A DNA stretch of 64,000 nucleotides from Pseudomonadota bacterium. Lineage in GTDB: Bacteria; Desulfobacterota; Desulfobacteria; Desulfobacterales; JBDRRP01. The stretch lies in NCBI GenBank assembly GCA_043825735.1, contig JBDRRP010000075.1:1-64000 (forward strand). The letters run 5' to 3'. This document shows, one piece after another, positions 59,201-64,000 of this stretch (positions within the stretch are counted from its first letter, which is position 1; the number at the start of each line of letters is the position of its first letter). Below the pieces are notes generated by a model that saw only the letters and a program-made list of their open reading frames with translations, made no database searches and was not told the origin of the DNA. The translations under genes were made by a program, and so were the position numbers.

Positions 59201-59741
59201 TCTGCCCCACGCCGGCCAGGAAGCCCGCACGGCGGCGGCACAGTTTGCAGGATCGCGCGCTTATGTCAGATCAGAGGCCACCGAATCGCTGTTCCGGGAT
59301 CAGGCTAAAAACTACCGCATCCTTCATCTGGCCACTCACGGCGAATACAGCAGCAGCGATCCGCTGTACTCCGGACTGCGGCTGGCAAAGGACGCCAAAA
59401 ACGACGGGCATCTGCAGGCCGCAGAAATCTTTTCCATCGATCTTGACGCCGCCCTGGTGGTGCTGAGCGCCTGCCAGACCGGCCTCGGACAGGTGACCGA
59501 AGGCGGCGAGATCATCGGTCTCACGCGGGCGTTTCTCTACGCCGGCACGCCGAGTGTGGTGGCCAGTCTGTGGAGCGTGGACGACGCGTCGACGGCGATC
59601 CTCATGGAGCGGTTCTACCAGAACCTCAAAACCATGCCCCGGGATGCCGCCTTGCGGGCGGCCCAGGTGGACCTCATGCACACCGAAGACACTTCGGCCC
59701 CCTACCACTGGGCCGCATTCTACCTGACCGGGGCGTGGTAG
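56295..59741 (+). CDS. TPR-CHAT (caspase-like) protease, predicted lipoprotein
   Basis: Lipobox LTAC; TPR-like helices; CHAT motifs SPDG.L..LPF, LHLATHG, VLSACQTG, SLWSVDD, PYHWAAF. Confidence 0.9.
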   Translation: MIFRHRRATILKGIIVLTIMGTFALTACGPGRYRSAHHKDGMESLARRQPAAAVSSFSAAVAEAGAKGDKEETAQMLSILGWALAETGDFGGARTRLEEAIALAEANGVDPSVMYGRLAVVDAKSQDAETGIAAAEKSLDLTAARWRERAGGGTREAVIDYAAAHAGLPPDEEMIRSVIMSETALAVLYHTQGDMASARTWAARALAHGESLGFIMNMAPAEDQQAFFQGTGVAAGVARAAAESSGDHTAAEAFLETGRKAFARIGVTVTGDDLLGAYMASGGYAAQPGKTTGGERFSEAYEAAMALWNDGRLSAAQEAFTAVADTAENSGRRAEQIRALSQAGWIQAEQGRYADALKSLARSIAVDPRSDETAMSHTRTAAIQARLGNIEKALAEADQAMTVVTDARPRLFQDQDREAAIDRFVKNPGLPPDVLLLKAILGSEAARTVTYYFMGDYPRTAAAGARALAHFTAAQTAVGIAGRREQRDFHDGMGYTAMATGDAMAFLGKAEQGRSMLKSAQDAFKLSGSRFGMFAAQALHACTYLREKRYRDGAKELAAIWSQLEKDGYDDIMWRSRSRFAYYFDIHSRELNAQLLPTLGTPSPAALTANQLRWRQETTRVVRESLTAVSPLLPPGQLDNAGSSATLFEKAATGSDLMRTGTSLFKDIQLVALSNYEAAIDHVESIRSMLETDLNKRAFRADKSILYDGYIRLSTELHGAAAGFEALERAKARNLLDLLATRTVAFKPSAQTQELADIRQAVTAATDTVPPSGEGSGSGGDTLAAQTRRYRALVVSARDRSPELASFLTVTYPRVDDVRRMLPQGSALVAYHLSDRDGIVFTVTPEAVMAETLKMGKNGLTPAVAGLRQAIVDMDPDTVSSAAGALYEVLIAPVAGHLKANRLIISPDGVLFYLPFGVLQKDGQYLTSRYSLTFTPSAGVLGYALKKNGGRSGPMLALGNPDLGDTALDLPHAGQEARTAAAQFAGSRAYVRSEATESLFRDQAKNYRILHLATHGEYSSSDPLYSGLRLAKDAKNDGHLQAAEIFSIDLDAALVVLSACQTGLGQVTEGGEIIGLTRAFLYAGTPSVVASLWSVDDASTAILMERFYQNLKTMPRDAALRAAQVDLMHTEDTSAPYHWAAFYLTGAW

Positions 59742-60104
59742 CGGACGATCTACCATTTCAATGTTTCGGGCCAGGGCTGTGGTGTGCAATGAAACGGTGG
59801 CGCAGGTATTCTCTTTTTCGGCCCCGCCTTCTTCCGATGATTGCCTGGAGCACCCAGCCGTGGCAGTGTGATTGGCCCCGGCGCAACGAAATGGCGGCAT
59901 AAACGGCGATGAGTGTCGACTAACAGCGATCAAATCCTTTATCCCTGCGCCGGCGGCAGTATGTAGGCGCCTTTTGGTGGCGGGGCCGAAAAAGAGGATG
60001 CCTGCGACGCCAAAGACAGCTAAAAAACAATAATTTCGTTGATAATACCGATAGGTACTAAACGGCCTCAGGGTTTTCTGACCGCTATCGAAAGCCAAAA
60101 GTGA

Positions 60105-60205
60105 CTCGCGCAGAGACGCTGAGGCGCGGAGAAAAGCATTTGCATTACACTCACGGCGCGAAAGCGCCCTATCAAAATCTCAGCGCCTCTGGGTCTCTGC
60201 GCGAG
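60105..60205. repeat. 9-bp-unit palindromic repeat (CGCAGAG variant)
   Basis: CTCGCGCAGAGACGCTGAGGCGCGGAGA ... TCTCAGCGCCTCTGGGTCTCTGCGCGAG. Confidence 0.75.
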
Positions 60206-60227
60206 AATGCGGTTCAGCAGTTGATTT

Positions 60228-62378
60228 TTATTGATCGCCGGAAACCGGGAAGTAGTACACCATGGGGGAGAAGTCGACCGGCCAGGTGGTTTTGATTCGG
60301 TTGACGCCGTTTTCGAACACTAGGGTAGAGTACTTGCCGTAGTGGGTAATCTTGGGCAGAGCCGCATCTGCCGCGGCTTTCGAGAGCGGGAAAAACAAGG
60401 CGGCGATCTTGCCTTCCGTAACGGGATGCTGAAACACACAAAACATGGCATCTCCGCTCTGGTCAAAAGACTCGCCCTCGACCGTAAACCCGTCTTTCGC
60501 CAGCGTGATGGTTTCCGGCAGCACGCTGATCAAATGCTTCTGTGAAGGCACACCCAAAAAAAGAACATCTTTTCCGGCAAGCCCGACCTCCCCGATCCGC
60601 GTTTCCTCAATAACCTCACCCGCGGCCACTCCCAGCGAAGTCAACAGCGTCCCGATAATCTTCGCAGCCGCTGTCCGCCACCGCGCGGCTACCACCACCA
60701 AAAGGTCCCCGCTGGCCTTGACGGTATTCACCGTCGGCGGCACTTCGGCCCACACTAGACGGCGGAACACATCAACGCCAGGGTCCATGACGATCTTGCC
60801 GGGTATCTGCGCCGTCACGGCGTGAAACGGTGTCTCGGCACCGGCTACCGCCATTGACCGCTGGATGCGCTCCCCCCCCTCGGTTAAGATCGTCATCTCC
60901 ATGGTGAGTCCATAGGCGGGGCGAGATTGGAGAATACTGCCGTCGACCCGGTAGGCGCCCCCTTCCGGACGCACCGTAACCGCTCCGAACGCAAAAGTCG
61001 GCGCGCCCGACCGGTTCACCCATTGATCAAAAAAGCCGTCCAGGTCCTGACCGGATTCGTGGGCGAATATGTGCCGGATATCATCCCAGGACGCCGGCCG
61101 AAAGCGCATCTCCGCATAGAAGCGCCGCAGCCCGTTCCAAAAATGCGTTTCCCCGACCTGTTCTCTGAGCATGTGAAATACCATGGCGCCCTTGTCGTAG
61201 CCGATCACCTTGGAAATGTTGTCGGTCCGGCGGTGGAACCGGCTCAGGGGAAAATCCGCTTCAGGGGGAACCAACGCGGCGTAGTTGCGCAGCCACTCGC
61301 GCCGATAGTCCCGCGCCTCTGCCCCGTCGACCAGTTCCTTATAAAGATGCTCAGCCACATAGGTGGTCAACCCTTCGCTCCAGTTACCCGAGTCCGGAGC
61401 GACGAAAACCCCGTTCCCCCACCAGCAATGGGCGATTTCGTGCCCCAGACTGGTGGATGGAATAAAGGGTAGATTCAGCACCCGGGTTCCCATCAGCGTC
61501 CAGGAAGGAAATCCGTAGCCGGTGGGAAAGAAATTTTCCACAACGGCGAATTTCTCGAAAGGGTAAGGTCCGAACCGGTTCTGGTAAAGTTCGATAAAGC
61601 GCCGGGAGGCCGCAAGGTAGGTCTCGGCCAAGTGTGCACTCTGTGGCAACAGATACGCATACAGCGCCACTGCTCCGGTACGGCCTTCAGCGATCTGATA
61701 GTGGGCTGCCGAAAGGCTTATCGGCCCCACCGGTGCGGTGATCTCCCACTGCGAGCGGGTCCGGCCGCCGTCCGTAAGGTGGCCGATCCGACGGCCGGCG
61801 GTGACGGCCAAAAGCCCCTCGGGCCCGGTCACCGTCAGATGGATGATCTGGGGATGGGAGGTGTCCAGCACCGGGTACCACCCGGCCCCGCCCATCAGAA
61901 ACACCCCATCGGCGCCGATCGCAGCGCTGACACCATAGCCCGGGTTGTCCGTGTTAAGCGGCATCACCGGAACCGGATCGTCAAACACGGCGGCATAGTC
62001 GATGGTGATTCTGGCAAGGCTGCCGCCCGGCAACAGCGGTGGCTTATCGGTCACCGTGAGCCGCCCATCTTCAAATCGATAGGCCGCCGGCCGGTCATTG
62101 AGGGTGACCCGGGAGACAACGGCCCCGACGGAAAGTCTAAATACCGCCGTGGCCGCGGCCGGCAAAGCGATGACAGCCGTGCCATCCAGTCGCGACTTGG
62201 CGGGCTCGAGGACGATATCCAGGGTACTCTGAATCGCCGCTTCGTCACCGGTTGCCGCAGATACCGATGGTGCACTGCCCGCTATCAGTACGGCAACGAC
62301 CAGTCCCAACGCCCAAGGCCGCAGCGCGGATCTGATAATCTGGCGCATCGCCGGGTAGGGTCGCATCATTACCGCCAT
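60228..62378 (-). CDS. Exported M1-family metallo-aminopeptidase
   Basis: HEIAH..W....EGLTTY zinc motif (HEXXH-18-E), YDKG; signal peptide; start uncertain. Confidence 0.85.
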   Translation of the reverse strand: MAVMMRPYPAMRQIIRSALRPWALGLVVAVLIAGSAPSVSAATGDEAAIQSTLDIVLEPAKSRLDGTAVIALPAAATAVFRLSVGAVVSRVTLNDRPAAYRFEDGRLTVTDKPPLLPGGSLARITIDYAAVFDDPVPVMPLNTDNPGYGVSAAIGADGVFLMGGAGWYPVLDTSHPQIIHLTVTGPEGLLAVTAGRRIGHLTDGGRTRSQWEITAPVGPISLSAAHYQIAEGRTGAVALYAYLLPQSAHLAETYLAASRRFIELYQNRFGPYPFEKFAVVENFFPTGYGFPSWTLMGTRVLNLPFIPSTSLGHEIAHCWWGNGVFVAPDSGNWSEGLTTYVAEHLYKELVDGAEARDYRREWLRNYAALVPPEADFPLSRFHRRTDNISKVIGYDKGAMVFHMLREQVGETHFWNGLRRFYAEMRFRPASWDDIRHIFAHESGQDLDGFFDQWVNRSGAPTFAFGAVTVRPEGGAYRVDGSILQSRPAYGLTMEMTILTEGGERIQRSMAVAGAETPFHAVTAQIPGKIVMDPGVDVFRRLVWAEVPPTVNTVKASGDLLVVVAARWRTAAAKIIGTLLTSLGVAAGEVIEETRIGEVGLAGKDVLFLGVPSQKHLISVLPETITLAKDGFTVEGESFDQSGDAMFCVFQHPVTEGKIAALFFPLSKAAADAALPKITHYGKYSTLVFENGVNRIKTTWPVDFSPMVYYFPVSGDQ

Positions 62379-62384
62379 TTTAAT

Positions 62385-62428
62385 TACATAATTGTATTGT
62401 AAAAAATATCGTCATACAAATTTGTATG
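62385..62428. promoter_or_regulatory. Tandem palindromic activator sites (putative bEBP enhancer)
   Basis: TACATAATTGTA (62385-62396) and perfect CATACAAATTTGTATG (62413-62428), cores 30 bp apart. Confidence 0.6.
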
Positions 62429-62530
62429 CTCCATTGCACTCCAGATACTGAGTTCGGCGCCCCGGAGCTGAAATATTTTCATCAGTTATTCCTGAAGCTT
62501 ATCATCATTTCGGCAGCGATTCGCTGACGA

Positions 62531-62546
62531 TGGCACACCCATTGCT
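62531..62546 (+). promoter_or_regulatory. Sigma54 (-24/-12) promoter of amtB
   Basis: TGGCAC-ACCCA-TTGCT with canonical GG-N10-GC spacing. Confidence 0.85.
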
Positions 62547-62661
62547 CATAACCCAAACCAGAAACACGGCGCTGCCATTTGAACGGCAGACTTGAGAGTA
62601 CAACAGGTTACGGCTTGAATCCATCATATTAACTGCATTCAGGTAGAGGCGAGGTGACAAA

Positions 62662-64000
62662 ATGAAAAGCGTTATTGCGACACTGTTGATTGTGCTGATC
62701 AGCACGGGAATCTGTTTTGCCGGCGACGAGCCGCCCACGGCGATCTCCAACAAGGAAGCCATCGATCTCGTTCAGACCCATGCCAACTTTTTGTGGACCC
62801 TGGTCGCGGCGGCACTGGTGTTCTTCATGCAAGCCGGATTCGCCATGGTAGAGGCCGGCTTCACCCGCGCCAAGAACGCCGTCAACATCATGATGAAAAA
62901 CCTCATGGATTTTTCCATGGGCTCGCTGGCCTACTGGGCCATCGGTTTCGGCCTCATGTTCGGGGCCACCACCACCGGATGGTTCGGCACGACGGACTTT
63001 TTTCTCAGCGGTTTCACAGGCGAGGGGACCGAGTGGGTTCTGGCCTTCTGGATGTTCCAGGTCGTCTTTGCCGCCACGGCCGCCACCATCGTCTCCGGCG
63101 CCATGGCCGAGCGGACCAAATTCAGCGGCTACCTGATCTACAGTTTCTTTATCAGCGCCTTCATCTACCCCATCTTCGGCAGCTGGGCCTGGGGGAGTCT
63201 GCTCAACGGTGGCGGCTGGCTGGAAGGCTTCGGCTTCATCGATTTTGCCGGTTCCACCGTGGTTCACTCCGTGGGCGGCTGGTGCGCACTGGCCGGCGCC
63301 ATCGTGCTGGGGCCCCGCATCGGCAAGTACACCAAAGACGGCAAAATTCGCCCCATCTTAGGCCACAACATCCCGCTGGCCGCCCTGGGCGTCTTCATCC
63401 TGTGGCTGGGCTGGTTCGGGTTCAATCCCGGCTCCACGACCACGGCTGACAAATCCATCGCCATGATTTTCGTAAACACCAACCTGTCCGCCGCCGCCGG
63501 CTGCGTCATGGCCATGGCCGTCTCCTGGCTCATGTTCGGAAAGCCTGAAGTGGGCATGAGCCTCAACGGCGCCCTGGCCGGCCTGGTGGCCGTCACGGCG
63601 GGCTGCGCCAATGTAACTCCCACCAGTTCCATCATCCTCGGCGCCATCGCCGGCGTGATCGTGGTCTACTCGGTGCTCTTTTTCGATAAAATCAAGATCG
63701 ACGATCCGGTCGGTGCCGTCAGCGTACACGGCGTCTGCGGCGCCTGGGGCACCCTGGCCGCCGGCATCTTCGACATGGGCGGGTTCTCCATAAAGGTGGT
63801 GGGCGTGCAGCTCTTAGGCATCGGCGCCTGCTTTCTGTTTGTCTTTCCCATGGCCTACCTTCTTTTCAAGGCGATCAATGCGACCATCGGTCTGCGGGTC
63901 TCCCCTGAAGAGGAAATGGAAGGCCTGGATATCGTGGAGCATGGCGGCAGCGCCTATCCGGATTTCGAAATCTCCAGCACCTCGGCCGGCCCCGGCGGTT
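62662..64000 (+). CDS. amtB: Ammonium transporter (runs off the window end)
   Basis: Not in the ORF track because there is no stop; LVFFMQAGF, FQVVFAAT, DFAGSTVVH, WFGFNPGS, DDPVGAVSVHG; GAGG RBS. Confidence 0.95.
   Translation, partial: MKSVIATLLIVLISTGICFAGDEPPTAISNKEAIDLVQTHANFLWTLVAAALVFFMQAGFAMVEAGFTRAKNAVNIMMKNLMDFSMGSLAYWAIGFGLMFGATTTGWFGTTDFFLSGFTGEGTEWVLAFWMFQVVFAATAATIVSGAMAERTKFSGYLIYSFFISAFIYPIFGSWAWGSLLNGGGWLEGFGFIDFAGSTVVHSVGGWCALAGAIVLGPRIGKYTKDGKIRPILGHNIPLAALGVFILWLGWFGFNPGSTTTADKSIAMIFVNTNLSAAAGCVMAMAVSWLMFGKPEVGMSLNGALAGLVAVTAGCANVTPTSSIILGAIAGVIVVYSVLFFDKIKIDDPVGAVSVHGVCGAWGTLAAGIFDMGGFSIKVVGVQLLGIGACFLFVFPMAYLLFKAINATIGLRVSPEEEMEGLDIVEHGGSAYPDFEISSTSAGPGG

Noticed and set aside
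56295..59741. TPR-CHAT as a type III-E Craspase (Csx29) component
   Set aside because: No Cas7-11, Csx30/31 or array nearby; the protein has a lipoprotein signal
1..64000. tRNA, rRNA, riboswitch, integrase or intact transposase
   Set aside because: None recognised by eye; a covariance-model search would be needed to exclude small RNAs

Overview
GC-rich bacterial window; gene content (NfnAB, MvhG/A-like hydrogenase, core methionine synthase, dCache MCP, palindromic intergenic repeats) suggests an anaerobic deltaproteobacterium such as a Desulfobacterales member (inference). All calls come from reading motifs by eye; no database search was run. 0-20.8 kb: M24 hydrolase, binding protein plus MCP, PanE/MaoC/acyl-CoA ligase, a two-gene [NiFe]-hydrogenase without C-terminal extension, cardiolipin synthase, a lipase-like lipoprotein, an AAA/DUF4143 ATPase, nfnAB and tatD. 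The main finding is a ~23.5 kb cluster (20.9-44.3 kb) that reads as a glycosylated inositol-phospholipid/phosphoceramide (MIPC/GIPC-like) synthesis and export system. It encodes a bCerS/YghO-like acyltransferase, myo-inositol-phosphate synthase, a CDP-alcohol phosphatidyltransferase, an Aur1-like IPC synthase, three GT32 enzymes (one strongly Sur1-like), GT2/GT4 enzymes, an LTA-synthase-like transferase, a flippase-like protein, a KS/ACP pair and a DevBCA-TolC-type exporter with a cNMP-binding domain on its ATPase. No serine palmitoyltransferase is in the window. 44-64 kb: MoxR/VWA, MesB-like methionine synthase, tatA, a second AAA/DUF4143, an envelope operon (Tat amidase, TPR, SLH, FecR) divergent from a lipoprotein TPR-CHAT protease, an M1 peptidase and a sigma54-driven amtB that runs off the window end. 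Several non-coding repeat families occur, including a MITE-like element with a 6-bp target duplication. No rRNA, tRNA or CRISPR array was seen.
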